The translations under genes and the position numbers were made by a program. A stretch of DNA of 64,000 nt, taken from Octopus bimaculoides (lineage: Eukaryota). How positions within the stretch are numbered: the first letter of the stretch is position 1; each line of letters begins with the position of its first letter. The notes under the pieces were generated by a model. That model searched no databases. It worked only from the letters and a program-made list of their open reading frames with translations, and was not told the DNA's origin. Shown one piece after another: positions 1-13,185 of the stretch. The DNA is taken from NCBI RefSeq assembly GCF_001194135.2, contig NC_068990.1:80725099-80789098 (forward strand), read 5' to 3'.

Positions 1-769
1 TATGGAACTATCTTTATATTGATATAACAATATGTTTTAGCTGATGCCATACACAACACATGCTAGAAATCTTATCTGAAACCGAAATGCCAGAAATAGA
101 CCAAGTTTAAAATTTCTGACCACTATTTTTCAGCAATTAAGCAGAAATATAATTTAGAATATTCCGGAATGTTTCATTAACTTTATTTCCTTACAACTCC
201 AGAATAAGTTTTAGGGTTAGGGTTGCTGTGGAATTGTTTGTATTACTACTGACGTTATCTATTGTTCAAGTATAAAAATACATTAATTTGAGATTTTAAC
301 AACAAAGATTCACTTAAAGAACTCATAGTATAGGATCCAGTACCAAAAATTGTTTTTGATACACTGCTTCCATCAATTTTATAGGCATTGAGCGCTTCGG
401 TCCCGTATTCAATACAATGGGTGCAACATAACTTCATTGGAAGGGACTTGAATTTGAATCAGATCGCTTCAGACCGTTTGCAAGCATGATGCGGAGCGAA
501 CGCTGTTGTTAACAGCGTCAAAATATAAGAAAAAGTGAGAAGAGAGATTCAATGCACTCTACAGGGACAGATAACAGAAACATAAGTTAGAAGTAAATAA
601 GGGAGTGGACTGCATCACGTCTAAGATTTCTGATTCGTTCATCCTACGATGTCTTGCCATTGCTTACAACCCTAGTAAAGTCGGAACACCGAAACATATT
701 CTTTCCAACTGTTCACTGTGGAGACACAGTCTGGTCCTTAAGCTTATCTTCAACGCTATAAAGAACCAA

Positions 770-990
770 ATCGCTCTCATCAGCAGTAGAAAAATACCAC
801 TGAAAGAATGAACCAGAGAGTTCATTATCTTCGTGCACTCAGGACAGCAGATCCGTTTCAAAAAGAAGAAACTTCTTGTGGGCGACGTAAAGTGGAATGG
901 CTATTGGAAGGTGGCTTCAGATTTACTAGAATGCTAATGATTCTTTCGCATTCCAGTTACGAAGAAACCGGATATCATCATATTGTGTGA
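770..990 (+). mobile_element. Possible degenerate LINE ORF2 remnant
   Basis: Translation ..ERMNQRVHYLRALR.. resembles the 'KAxQRLxxLRxL' segment downstream of LINE RT domains. No catalytic motif is seen. Confidence 0.25.
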
Positions 991-1049
991 AAGAAAGTGG
1001 TGAATCTAGTAAATATACTTGGTAAGACGGAAAATGTGTTGCCTGCAGA

Positions 1050-1121
1050 TGGCCACGGGGAATCGAGCGCTGTACCTCTCAGATACCAGCTGAGTTGTCC
1101 ATGCTATTAAGCTAAGCGGCC
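1050..1121 (-). pseudogene. tRNA-like sequence (Thr-type, anticodon GGT): tRNA pseudogene or isolated SINE head
   Basis: The minus strand reads GGCCGCT-TA-GCTT..GACA-A-CTCAG-CTGGTAT-CTGAG-AGGTA-CAGCG-CTCGATT-CCCCG-TGGCC-A. The anticodon stem is a perfect 5 bp with a 7-nt loop and the ends GGCC/GGCC pair. D and T stems are partly mismatched and about 2 nt are missing from the acceptor 3' strand. Confidence 0.55.
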
Positions 1122-1479
1122 TCTGACAATATTTAGCGTCTATTTTACTGCTATGTAATAATGTTGGTTCTGTGACAGCATTTTATCAACAACATTTTAT
1201 ATATAAATGGCGTATGTTTATAATCTGTGTTCAGATATAAAAGAAAATATGAAAGTGGCTTACACCATCAAAATGGGTTATGTATTACATAATCAAGAAT
1301 CGACTGGTAGATGTTATTGAACAAGTGAAATTGTCAATAGTTACATGATGCATACAGAATAAAAAGAGTCGAATACAAAAAAAAAATGTGATTACTAAAT
1401 AGAAAACAGAGGAAGCAGATCAACTGGTGAACTAAACTAGAAGCTCTCCTGTGAAAACGGTGGCCAGAATACAACTCAC

Positions 1480-1551
1480 GATGACCCCTTTTTATCGTGA
1501 GAAATTATCCACCAGGTATCAAGCATCTGGTTGGCATAGCGAGTTAAAAAG
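1480..1551 (-). CDS. Candidate 72-nt internal exon of an unidentified gene
   Basis: Acceptor atcgtctttgccgttactag, donor TC|gtgagt, open phase-2 frame FLTRYANQMLDTWWIISHDKKGS. No homology recognised. Confidence 0.2.
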
Positions 1552-2663
1552 CTAGTAACGGCAAAGACGATTTAATTTGAAACTCGGTAACTGACTTTAT
1601 GTGCAATACGCATAAAGGCGTACGCGGGCGTTCACCCTTCTTACTCACATGAATACACTAACACACACAGACACACACAGACACACGCACACACACACAC
1701 ATACACTATGTTTGTTCGTGTGTGTGTGAGTGTTTGAGTTTGAGAGAGAGAGAGAGTGAGCGAGAGATAACTGCTACGAATATTTTTATTTTAATTCCCT
1801 ATTTCTATTCAGAAAAATATGTTTGAAAAGATTACATGAGAGCTATATGCGCATATAGATATAAACATATAGACATATTGCATTTGTTCAGTGAATATTA
1901 ATACTGTCTTGCTTCTTTTACTATCTCCCGCTTTTTGGCTCATTCGTGTGTCAGTCTTTGACAAAATCTATGTATGCGCTATGCTTATGTCTTTAAGGGA
2001 AATATTTTCCCCTCGTATTGATCCGTCCCTTTTCAAATAATTCTTTTTAGAGTAAATATTGAAAATCCTGTTAACATCTACAACAACACTCTTATGTCTT
2101 CGTTAATAAAACAGCAAGGTATAGAATTGTATAATATTCTCACTATCAAATCCTGGTTTCACAGCAAATTGTCAACTATCTGCATATTTTATAATGCCTC
2201 AGGCGTCTAGACATTCTGTTTGCCCCTTATTAAAGAGAGCTTGTATATACGTATCTTTTCCCATCGTGTTTTTCCTTTCTCAGTTAAACTTAATATATCA
2301 ATAAGTATCACTTGTAGGTAATCCTGGCACATGAGCAAAAATCACTATTTATGCTTTACACAACGTAATGTTGTTTTAATGTCATATGTATGCTTATTTT
2401 CCAGCTTTTCTTTCTTGTATGGAACAGAATGAAAGCGAATGAAGACTTGCTGTTAAAAATTTCCACAAATTTTGGTGTTGATCAAACAGTCGAAAAAAGG
2501 AGCGATGTATTTTATATGACGAAAAGTTAATAATTTCTCCAAGGAATGCAATTCTGCTACAGGAAGGGTGGCAGCTTAAGGTTTGTAGGGCTGTTCTTCA
2601 ATACCGGCTTGCAGACATCATATTCCTGCGTGAAACAGCTCTTATTGCACACAGAAAATTTCC

Positions 2664-2705
<42 letters not shown>

Positions 2706-3793
2706 TTATTTCTAAATCTCTCTGTATGTATGAATACATTCACATACAGATAGGCTTATATATGTGAGCGTATATATGTGAGTGTGTATGTCTGTGTGCG
2801 TGCATGTGTGTTTATATGTATATACGTATCGTTACTGTTGTTAAGCTTGCTTTAGAATAATAACCATATTTTAATATTATCAATTTTCTTCAAAATATTT
2901 CAGAATGTATAAGAAATAAGTTATTTAATTGCTAATGTAAATTTGAGAAAAAAAAAATGCCAGAACAGAAATGCAGAAAGGGAAGGATGTGAAAATATTA
3001 CAGGAAGGTAATTATAAAAGTGTGGAGGGAAGATTTGGAAATGTGACCATTAAGTTCTACATTTAGATAAATGCAAAGAGCCCAATTGAAGCTATGAATG
3101 TTAAACTAAATAGAAGAAAAAAAGAAACGAACGGAATCAAATATTGAAAACAAAATTGTTCCATAACTTTATTTTGAAGAAAAGCGACCATTGCATACTC
3201 CATTTATTAACTTAAATTCTAAGAGCGTATCAGATTTTATTGGAATATACAGATGTTATTTTTTCCCAAAGTATTACACGTGTATATCTGTTAAGTATAT
3301 GCATCTAATATCGTGAGTTTATAGTTTGGATCAATTGCATTTATGAATTTGAATAATATATTTTAGTTAAACCAAACTAAACGCCATCATGTTGTCATGT
3401 AGTAGTTGGGAAATATGCAGCACTGGACAGGCTGCAGTTTGTAGGAATATGGTTTGCTTGTTAAAATATCAAAAACTCTTGTATTATTATTCGAAATAGG
3501 CTTTCTCCAATGTAAAACAATCATAAATAATTGCAGTCATTGGGTAAAGGAGTAGGTAAGGTTTCGCATATAATGGCAATCATTGAAAATGGACTAGGGA
3601 AAATATCTGAAGATGCTGAAGGTGTTTCAGTAGATATAATAAGGGTGTAGGCCGTAATGAGTATAGTGAAAATTAATTAATGTAACGGGTTGAAAATTTG
3701 GATGATACAAAGGTAGCTGTCGGTTACACAGTTACACACACGTGCACGAAACACAAATATAAATCTATGCCTGTATGAACTCCCAGACTCATA

Positions 3794-3841
3794 CAGACAG
3801 ACAGACAGACAGACACACACACACACACCCACACGCACGCA

Positions 3842-3923
<82 letters not shown>
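3794..3923. repeat. (CAGA)n(CA)n compound microsatellite
   Basis: Directly visible. Confidence 0.95.
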
Positions 3924-3926
<3 letters not shown>

Positions 3927-4273
3927 ATTTAAGAGCCAATCCCAGGAAGCTAAGTAAATCGTGAGAGAATGTTCTATTTTTAGGAAGTAAGGAAATATAA
4001 AAATTAAAGAGTATTGGTGTAAACTGCTTGTGAAAATGAAATTAACTGAAAATGTGTTGATATATGACAATACTTAATAATCTAAATAGACATAATTTGA
4101 AGAACATTATGTGTCAGGAGTCGTAAAATACTAAAAATTATGATGCAAGACGTATGCGGAAGCATGGCAGTTTTGCATAAATTACTGTTTTTCCTGAGAT
4201 GCGTGACTAGAATATCATGTTCATAAAAAGAGAAGTACATATGCGCGTGAATTTAAAGTTATTCCTATATGCA

Positions 4274-4332
<59 letters not shown>
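4274..4332. repeat. (TATC)n microsatellite
   Basis: Directly visible. Confidence 0.95.
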
Positions 4333-4679
4333 AAGTATATATATATGTATGTATGCATGTATGTGTGCGCGTAAGTGCGTGTGTGTATATATGTATGTAT
4401 TTGTGAGATTGTATGTGTCCATAGAGAGAGGGAGAGAGAAACTAGGGGACAGAGACAGATAGAGAGGCTAACTTTCAGACCCCCTACACACACACAAACG
4501 CACATATACATCTATAAAAGCAAAAAATGTCCGCGCATACACAAGAATTTACTTATGAGCATATACGACTATCTGAGTATACATAAATCTCCGCGCATGA
4601 AAATGCATTTGCACAGCATAAACATACACATATACACAAATACATGCATATGCATATACTTATATGTGTGCCTTCGTAT

Positions 4680-4868
4680 CTGTGTTTGTCCCCGCACCAT
4701 TGATTGACAATCGATGTTGGTGTGGTTACGTCCCCGTAACTTAGCGGCTCGGCAAAAACAACCAATACTTTAAGTCCTAGGGTAGGTTTCTTCGACTAAA
4801 ACCCCTCAAAGCTGTGCTGCAGCATGGCCGCACTCAAATGACTGAAACAAGTAAAAGAATAAGAGAAT
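4680..4868 (+). mobile_element. 3' half of microsatellite-containing cephalopod SINE (family A)
   Basis: The gttacgtccccgtaacttagcgg and cagcatggccgcactcaaatgactgaaacaagtaaaagaat segments match the reverse complement of the full copy at 16259-16685. Confidence 0.85.
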
Positions 4869-5229
4869 ATATATATTAACATCTAATCTAATCATTGGAA
4901 ACTTCACCTTCCATCTGGATGCTTAAACATTTCTGTTTCACTTTTTCGTGAGGATTTACACTTTTATTTTTAATATATGTTTTAATATATCTTTTAAATA
5001 TCTTTTTAACAACGCTCTCAACCTCTAAGGAGGATGATATCTTCAATATATACCTTTTAAAATGCTAATATATTTTTATACATCAGTATAATTTTTCTAG
5101 ATATGTCTATGATATTTTTCATATATTTATGTATCTGTAAACTTTTAATAATTTTTGATATCGCTAAATGTGACTAGTGTTACAAACACCTACATTGCTT
5201 GAAACAAAAGCTAAACTGCTCTGCTGCTG

Positions 5230-5460
5230 TAGTCACATCACAAAATACTATACATATATACTGACAGTGACTGTAATCGTCCGAAAACACGGTTCGAGTA
5301 TTCCTTATACTAACCGGTCATTTCCGACAGTTCTCGTTGCCTCATCAGGAAGGTCTGGCTTGACTTCGGCAGATTCCGGATTAAACTCTCTGCAGGGAAG
5401 ATACTGGAAAGGGATTTTTGTTTTAAAATGTGTGCCCTGAACAAGGAAGAGATGATTGTC
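5230..5460 (-). mobile_element. Probable Penelope-like element terminal (pLTR) remnant with decayed hammerhead core; alternatively a 75-nt exon at 5315-5389
   Basis: Minus-strand translation HILKQKSLSSIFPAESLI resembles the GIY-YIG C-terminal 'WIxxLxTIxPxGLN' motif. Shortly after it lies CTGATGA-GGCA..TGTC-g-GAAA (5348-5321). It also has a cag acceptor and gttagt donor with two open frames. Confidence 0.45.
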
Positions 5461-5499
5461 TTAGAATAAACAGTTTATTGTTATTTTCCGAGGCAAAGC

Positions 5500-5610
5500 T
5501 ATGATACTGGTGCAACCTGGAGTCACTTCCAACGAATTTTGAGTGATTGAAAAGAGTTACAGTAAAATGTGTGCCTCGTTTGCTCACGGAAGATCAAAAG
5601 CAGTCATGAC
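5500..5610 (+). mobile_element. Mariner transposase fragment
   Basis: Translates (with a frameshift) to ..FQRILSD../RVTVKCVPRLLTEDQKQ, matching the mariner WVPHEL-region signature KVxAxWVPRLLTxDQK. Confidence 0.7.
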
Positions 5611-5617
5611 TGGAAGG

Positions 5618-5880
5618 CAATTGACTTAGTGCTTAGCGCATTCTGCTTACGATCGGGAGTTCGATCCCGGGGACGCTTTGAGTCCTTGATCAAGACCCTT
5701 CGTTTCACGTTGTTCCACTTCAGTCAGCTTGCCTTAATGAGTTCTATTTCAAAGGACCGGCCTTGTCACATTCTGTGTTATGTTGAATCTAGCTGCGAAC
5801 TCCGTATATTTGTGGAGTGCTGAGACACTTGCAGCTTAGCTTCACAATCTCGTCGTCGTAATCGCTGGAGTGACAATTAC
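5618..5880 (+). mobile_element. tRNA-derived SINE (family B, CORE-like)
   Basis: A box-like ttgacttagtgcttag, B box ggagttcgatccc, CORE-like gtccttgatcaagac. Shares ccttgtcacattctgt and tcgtcgtcgtaa with the copy at 29235-29525. Confidence 0.75.
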
Positions 5881-6788
5881 ATACATAAGATACACATATA
5901 TTATATAACATTATATAATAGTTCAGGAGAGAAACGGAAAAGTCTAGTCAAAAGTGAATCCAACAAAAATTCAATGAATATTTGATGTGAAACGTTATCC
6001 ATTACATCTGCTTAACTCTAGAGTAGTTAATAGGTCCTCGTTACCCCAGATCCTCTTTAGAATTCATTAGAATTCACTTTGTGACAAAGACTTCAGTTCC
6101 TTTCGGGAATGACATATTAATATATCTGTACCAAATATTTCTATATCAGGGAACTGTAACAAAATTTAACAAATAGAATCATTCAAACAAGTAATATTTA
6201 TGGCTTCTGGTGCAAGTTTTTCATCATACCTTTGTATCGGAAAATAACAATTAAATATTTATTCTGAAACAATTCTTACGGAAGTGCCGATATCTGTTTC
6301 ATATACAAGTTACCTTTTCATTTGCTTGCTAATTTATCAAGTGCCAGTATATGTAGCACAGATATTAATACATGTGTACTCATAGAGGCACATAAGACCC
6401 AAACAGAGACATACAAGAAACGCACTTGATGTATTGTGAAAACTTTAATACATGCAAACTCTCACTTTCACTCAGACACACAAACACTGAACATATACGC
6501 TAAATCTTCGGCACATTCGTATAATAAACACTCGCTTCGATACACAAACATTCATGCATATATATATGCATATATATATATATATATATATATANNNNNN
6601 NNNNNNNNNNNNNNNNNNNNNNNNNNNNNNNNNNNNNNNNNNNNNNNNNNNNNNNNNNNNNNNNNNNNNNNNNNNNNNNNNNNNNNNNNNNNNNNNNNNN
6701 NNNNNNNNNNNNNNNNNNNNNNNNNNNNNNNNNNNNNNNNNNNNNNNNNNNNNNNNNNNNNNNNNNNNNNNNNNNNNNNNNNNNNNNN

Positions 6789-6821
<33 letters not shown>

Positions 6822-6824
<3 letters not shown>

Positions 6825-6860
6825 CAGCTCAGAGCTGCGGCCATGCTGATGCACCACCGT
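6822..6860 (-). mobile_element. 3' tip of family A SINE
   Basis: ctgcggccatgctg..gcaccacc matches 16280-16318. Confidence 0.6.
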
Positions 6861-7383
6861 GTATATATATATTTATATTATAAGGTTTTTAACTTTTAAA
6901 TTTTCATATTCAAAAGAGACAGAGACTTCTATGGTAACGGTTGCTACATCCTCTGGAAAATTATTATATATATATATACATACATATTCACACGCACACA
7001 TATATATATATATGAATTATTGGGAGTGTTACTCATACAAAATACGCACACACGCACACACGCGCGCTAATACACACACACATACACACACATGTACATA
7101 TACATACACACACATACGCGCACGCATGCACACGCACACTCACCTCACCCGCATAGAAATACATAGTCCTCTTGATAATTTAATCGTCAGCATTAGAGCT
7201 TCGCTTACAGGAGTATTGCGCATGGTCGATGACTGGTATATCTTATCTCATTTATGACATGATTTATTGTGTTACGGTCAAGAGGTTTCATGTATCATGT
7301 GATACATATACTGGACAAATTTCGACAAATTCAGATGTATAGCTACAAAGAACAACAAAAGCAATCACGACGATAATAAATAT

Positions 7384-7386
<3 letters not shown>

Positions 7387-7424
<38 letters not shown>

Positions 7425-7463
7425 TGATGATGATGATGATGATGATAATAATAATAATAATAT
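7387..7463. repeat. (AAT)n(GAT)n(AAT)n compound microsatellite
   Basis: Directly visible. Confidence 0.95.
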
Positions 7464-8429
7464 TCTACATCATGAGTATTGATAATATATTTATGTTATG
7501 GTTTGTTTAATTCATTGGTTTCATGGCAGTCTTCCCTATAGAACCAAATGTGTTTCAGGTGTCTTATAGTATTGCTGTCTTTTGTTCCAGGGGGCAGTGT
7601 TTATGTTATATATTATAATCAATCATCGTTCTGTCCTTTGCTCGAGTTATAGGATTGTTTACTTATACTGTACATTGTGTATTTATTGAATGAAAAGAGA
7701 AACCTTGTTATACAAAGTATCGCATTTGTTACAATATGAAAAAGGATAATATTGGAAGTTTCCTCTGTATTATTCTACACCAATATTATGATTAATTTTA
7801 TTATCACTGATCTAGTACCTATGAAGAAATCTGCTTTTCGCCGTGGAGATCAAATAGAATAAAATAATTTCGCACTTGATTCCCATGCTTGTCCACATTA
7901 GATTAAATATATATTAGTGTTTGAGTTTTCTGTTTTCATTACAAAAGTATTTTTAATTGATTATTGTTTTTCGTCATTACTATTTATTACTTTTCGTATG
8001 GATAGCATCCATAGTTGATTTTTCACAACTATTGTGTAAAACTACTCATTTTTTAAAACTTCCGTTATTTCATCCTACTTTTAATATTGTTTTTCTTGTC
8101 TGGATAGTTTCTATCTTAGTGGAATTGTCAAAGTATCGAACAATGACTCGCTGTATTCGTTCCAGCATTTTACCTCCTCAGTGAAAATTCTACCGAAGTC
8201 AGCTTACATTTTACCGTTTTAGAGTTAATAGCGTTTATGCAATAGAATATTTCTGACCCTCGAAAACTGATGCAGCATATGCAAATTTGAAACAACTTTT
8301 ATAACAGGTTTCTTTAATCATTGTTAATAGTCATATTAAAGGGTCTTTTGATCCAATATAGAGACGCGTTTTAAGTTCAGCTTGTTGTACCACATTATAT
8401 TGCTTTCTAATAAGAGAACTCTGGAATCA

Positions 8430-9060
8430 CGAAAATCAGTGTGACCTCGGTAAAATTTGAAATCAAGAACTAATAAACTGAATCTTTCAACTCTGCAGGC
8501 GATTTTCTTCGATATTCAGTCAATTAATCAACCGAATTCTTCTGGTCGACCTTAATTGAAATGCCCAACTTGTTTGCACCAACTTTCATTAGTCCATTTA
8601 TCTTCGAGGAGTTAATCAGGGCATCAATTGTATTTAGATCGTGGTGATCGATAAAGGTCTTTACTGGGTAGAAGGTACATGAGTTTCCATAGCAGAATGC
8701 ATGTTCGTATGTATCACTAATGAGTTCTTGCTTAAATCTCGAGCAATGATTTGTAAGATATGTGTGTCTCGTTCAAATAATATCAATGATTGCAAGATGA
8801 ATTGCGTGAGGTATTCAGGATGACTTGCAATATCCAAATGAAAATAGTGTCAAGATTTCCCTACAGGTGTTTGTGAATGCTCACTCGGAGGAATTCAATT
8901 GTTGCATGGATGAAGATTTTTTTTAGATTATCAGCTAGCAATGACTTCAAGCTAACACAAAGAACACCAAAAACAATCCATTCTCTGCTAATTCTTTTAT
9001 CATTTCTCGCTGGATGTGATCCAACTTTCAAAGTACACAAGGATTTCTACAGATTATAGA
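8430..9060 (-). mobile_element. Possible highly degenerate LINE (RTE-like) remnant
   Basis: Minus frame LDHIQREMIKELAENG resembles the pre-RT 'GxDxIPAELIKxLGE' motif. Many stops. Confidence 0.3.
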
Positions 9061-9299
9061 TGATTTTATTGAAATTCGATCAATTAATACTCTTGATTAT
9101 AACAGGTATTTTCAGTTTTAGGCAATTACAGATAACGATTCTTCGTGTTTTGAATGTCGTGGGGCATGATAGTAGCTTCTGAGAAAGTGTTTACGAAGGA
9201 TACACTAATCTCAGTATAATCTATGACTATTTTTGTTGTGAATGGTTAGTGTGAAGCGAAATTTCAAGACATTATCAACTAAAGTGTGAAGGACATAGC

Positions 9300-10150
9300 C
9301 CTGGCAGATGATAAATAAGAATAGTAAACGTTATTACCTTGCAAGTCGCTGTATTAATATCGAAGTTGTGTTATTGCGTGGCAATATTACTGCTGGGAGC
9401 AAGGTGAAGAGTTGGCTGCATTTAGAGCGTCGGAAAAAATGCCTTCCAGTATTTCTTCTGTCTTCTAATGGTCTGACTTAAATATCAGGAAGGCCTACTT
9501 TACTCGTCATTCATTTGGTGTCCATGAAGTAAAGTACCTGTCAAGTTCTGAGATCGATAGTATTAACTATTAATAATTACCATTCTCTAAAACAGATGGC
9601 TTCGTGCCTAAATTATTATTACATCCAGAAATCATTATTACTGCTGGGAGTAATTCTTCTGGTACATCTTATTCAAAATTAGCATTCTCCTTTTTCTGCA
9701 ATGAGGGAAAAGCTCTTGGAAAGTCGATAAACAGTACAGCTGGTAATAGATGACCGATTTTAGTTAGACTCAATTTAGATCCGTCCTAAGACCTACTACA
9801 GCTTTGCCTGCATATTTCCAGGAATGATTTCTTGTAGCTTTTTTCTGCAATCCTTGTAACTATGTATTATTTCTATTTTTGAAATCAGTGAATGTGTTTC
9901 ACTAGAATTATTATGTTTACGAGAGCTTGACAGGCATCTCCAACTAGCAGGCCATTGCTACTCCAGACTGATGACGAGCAAAGACATGTCTCTGAATGCA
10001 GTGGATGTGCTTCTCTTCTTCTTGTAAACATAAGGACACAGGAAATGTGTCAAGGCCGACAGGAAGCGGTGTTGCTTCCTAGGGTTGAATAGCGGTAGTA
10101 TTATTCCCTTCATGGGACTGTCACATTAAGTTGACAGCATACAACTAATG
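9300..10150 (-). mobile_element. Degenerate RTE-clade reverse transcriptase remnant
   Basis: Minus strand around 9700-9745 translates PAVLFIDFPRAF, matching the RT motif AVLxFIDFxKAF. The surrounding sequence is interrupted by stops and frameshifts. Confidence 0.6.
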
Positions 10151-11619
10151 TATGGCATCGCTACTGCATAAATCTCTCTGAAAGATTTAGAAATGTATTA
10201 TTTCTATTTTAGTATTTTAATAATCTTAAAAAAAAAGATCCTGTGTCGTTCGCCTTAACTTTTCCTTCAGTTACGTGAGCCTTGCGTGAGAAATCGCTAA
10301 AGACTTTTTAGCTTATGCCCATGGTGCTTTTTAGGTCACTTCTGAAACTTGATATATAATGCCTATGGTCAAATGTAATTATTTAGGAGTATATCATACG
10401 TTGGAATCCATGATCACAGATAAGAGTCCTTTTTTTTTTTTTAAATGGTATGTTAAAATTTCACAGCGATCGCATTCTACATCCAGTACACTGAACGACA
10501 TGTAGAATTGTCTCCAATTTCGTTGTAATAATGTTCTTTATGACTTTGGTATGGTGATGCTAAACAACGTATCAATGGTTCCATCATCAACTACATACGT
10601 ATTGTCCAATATATTATACAATGACGCAGCATGGCTGAGGCTTTGTCGGTTTTCATGTCATTTAAATTCTCCTATTCATAGAGTCTCTATCGGGTTTCTT
10701 CATCTACTAGATATTGTAGCCAAATTGTACTCAAATTACACCACACTACACAATTAAAAATAGGCAAAAACACCTTGCATAATTGCACAAATGCTGGTTG
10801 GTCATGATGGAAATACCTTTCACCATAAATTTGTTCGGCTTTAATTAATTGGTGCTTCACAACTACATGAACGTTTCTGTTGTATTTTTTTTATAGTATG
10901 CAGCTCTGTAACTGCTTGAACTCAAATGTTCGCTGCAAAACAAATTTACTATGGTTTCTCCGAAGTTTAAAGAATTTTTATTTGAATTATATTCTGTTAC
11001 AGAAAACTTTCCATTGATGTGGCTTCTTCAATTTGCCATTTCTCGATTTAATGATTCTAAATACAATTGACTATTTAAATAATAAGTATATCCTGATTAT
11101 TTTCCTATTCCCGTTTTTCTTTCTGTACAATTCTCATTCATCTCAAGTACTTATTTATTATTTTTTTATTTACAGTTATTTGCAATTGATTTCTAATTTA
11201 ATAACTTGAATTTCTAAATCTTCAATTCCTTTTATGTTGTCGTTTCTTTTATCTACGCTCTGGAATATACTTTAATTGCATGAACTAAGATTGTTGAATA
11301 ATTATTAAAGATTAGAAGACGCTATAGATTTCAACAACTTTTTTTAAGGTTGCCCAATTAGGGTAACACGTCACTCCTCCAACACACACAAAAAATGGAA
11401 ATAATATACATCCTTGTTAAGCAGGTTTCATCGAAGTGTAAGAACACCATGTCATCTTTCCAAATGGATGATATCAAATCCTATTTTGGGGAAGAATTTC
11501 CGTTTTTTATCTTCATTTCCTTCATGCATTTATAATTATTCTTTGATGTGAAGAAATAATACAAAAAATGCACATGATTGACTCAAATGACTGGCAGGAG
11601 ATATTAACGAAAAGCATAA

Positions 11620-11950
11620 CGGTGGCATATATAATATGCTCTTAATAAAGACAGCTGTCCGTTATCATGAAGAATTTCCATGTATTTCAGCAATATCTTT
11701 GATCCACTTTTGCGGTTGAGTTCTTGGATTTCTTCGGAGTTGATCATGCTACGCTGACTAAGAGAATCATTTTTATACATCTCAATAATCCACGGCAGCG
11801 GTATTTCGTATCATTAAATGGATGAGTGACACATCCTGCAAAGTGGACGCTGGCAATTAATTTCCCCGGAAGAAATTGAATTCCGAGCTCAATGCTAATT
11901 AATCTCCTAACAATTCTACACCACTGTCGTCTTTTATAATCGTTAACTAA
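11620..11950 (-). mobile_element. RTE-clade LINE ORF C-terminal remnant
   Basis: Minus frames give ..VHFAGCVTH.. (cf. LxFAGHxxR) and KWIKDIAEIHG (cf. RWxDDI), typical of RTE C-termini. Confidence 0.55.
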
Positions 11951-12356
11951 ATCACTATACACCTTTGCAATAAAACATTCTTTTGGAAACCGATGCCTTG
12001 GCTAACATCTCACGCTACATTAAAGGTAAGCGATAACATTTCGACCTTCAAGTTGATTCTTCCCGTGCCTTGTTGTCATCATCATATTTACATTGCCAAC
12101 AGATTAAGACTTATTTTTATAGTAATTTTTGCTTATACTCTATCAACGCTACACCATACTTAAATGATTTTCTTCAATGATCTAACTTCTCACTTTTCTT
12201 CATGTGCAATCGAATTTTTTTCTTGATTCATATACCCCCTTTACGAGTTTTTTTCCCCTCTGGACATGAATTTCTTATAAGCTTATAAGAACTTTCTATG
12301 AGCATTTTGACTTTTTGACTCTTTTACTTTCTCCCTTTCGGTATTTACCCCTTATT

Positions 12357-12450
12357 TAACGGTCATTGTAATAGCTCTTTTGTCTTAATAACGGTCAATT
12401 ACATAGTAATTTCCCTTTGTTTAACGGTCATTTTTTATAGCATTTTTTGA
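12357..12450 (+). repeat. Degenerate ~33-bp tandem repeat, 3 units each starting TAACGGTCA
   Basis: TAACGGTCA at 12357, 12389 and 12422, each followed by an ATAG at a similar offset. Confidence 0.75.
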
Positions 12451-12548
12451 TTGCCTTGATAACTGACTAGATACCGGAGCAGATTTCCGCCCCGACATCC
12501 GAAACTCGAAGTCTTATTATAGCAACCGAATAATTGTCACATATTGTA

Positions 12549-12599
<51 letters not shown>

Positions 12600-13002
12600 N
12601 NNNNNNNNNNNNNNNNNNNNNNNNNNNNNNNNNNNNNNNNNNNNNNNNNNNNNNNNNNNNNNNNNNNNNNNNNNNNNNNNNNNNNNNNNNNNNNNNNNNN
12701 NNNNNNNNNNNNNNNNNNNNNNNNNNNNNNNNNNNNNNNNNNNNNNNNNNNNNNNNNNNNNNNNNNNNNNNNNNNNNNNNNNNNNNNNNNNNNNNNNNNN
12801 NNNNNNNNNNNNNNNNNNNNNNNNNNNNNNNNNNNNNNNNNNNNNNNNNNNNNNNNNNNNNNNNNNNNNNNNNNNNNNNNNNNNNNNNNNNNNNNNNNNN
12901 NNNNNNNNNNNNNNNNNNNNNNNNNNNNNNNNNNNNNNNNNNNNNNNNNNNNNNNNNNNNNNNNNNNNNNNNNNNNNNNNNNGTGTGTGTGTGTGTGTGT
13001 GT

Positions 13003-13185
13003 GCTAGTGTGTTTGCCTTTGTGTCTGTGTTTGTCCTCCAGCGCCCCTGTCAATCGCCCCCGTAAATTAGAGGTTCGGCAAAAGAGACCGATTGAATAAG
13101 TAATAGGGTCTATTAGTTCGACTACAATTCCCAAAGACTAAGCCCCAGCATGGCAGTACCCTAATGACCGAAACAAGTAAAAGAC
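13003..13185 (+). mobile_element. 3' half of family A SINE (5' half probably in the preceding gap)
   Basis: (TG)n, then gtgtttgtcc..cccgtaaattagaggttcggcaaaagagaccga..cccagcatggcag..aatgaccgaaacaagtaaaaga. Confidence 0.8.

Noticed and set aside
255-520. ORF MKLCCTHC.. and nearby exon-like segments
   Set aside because: The frame is closed just upstream, no homology is recognisable, and there is no consistent splice chain.
12357-12450. Mini CRISPR-like array
   Set aside because: The conserved part is only 9 bp, the intervals resemble each other, and there are no cas genes.
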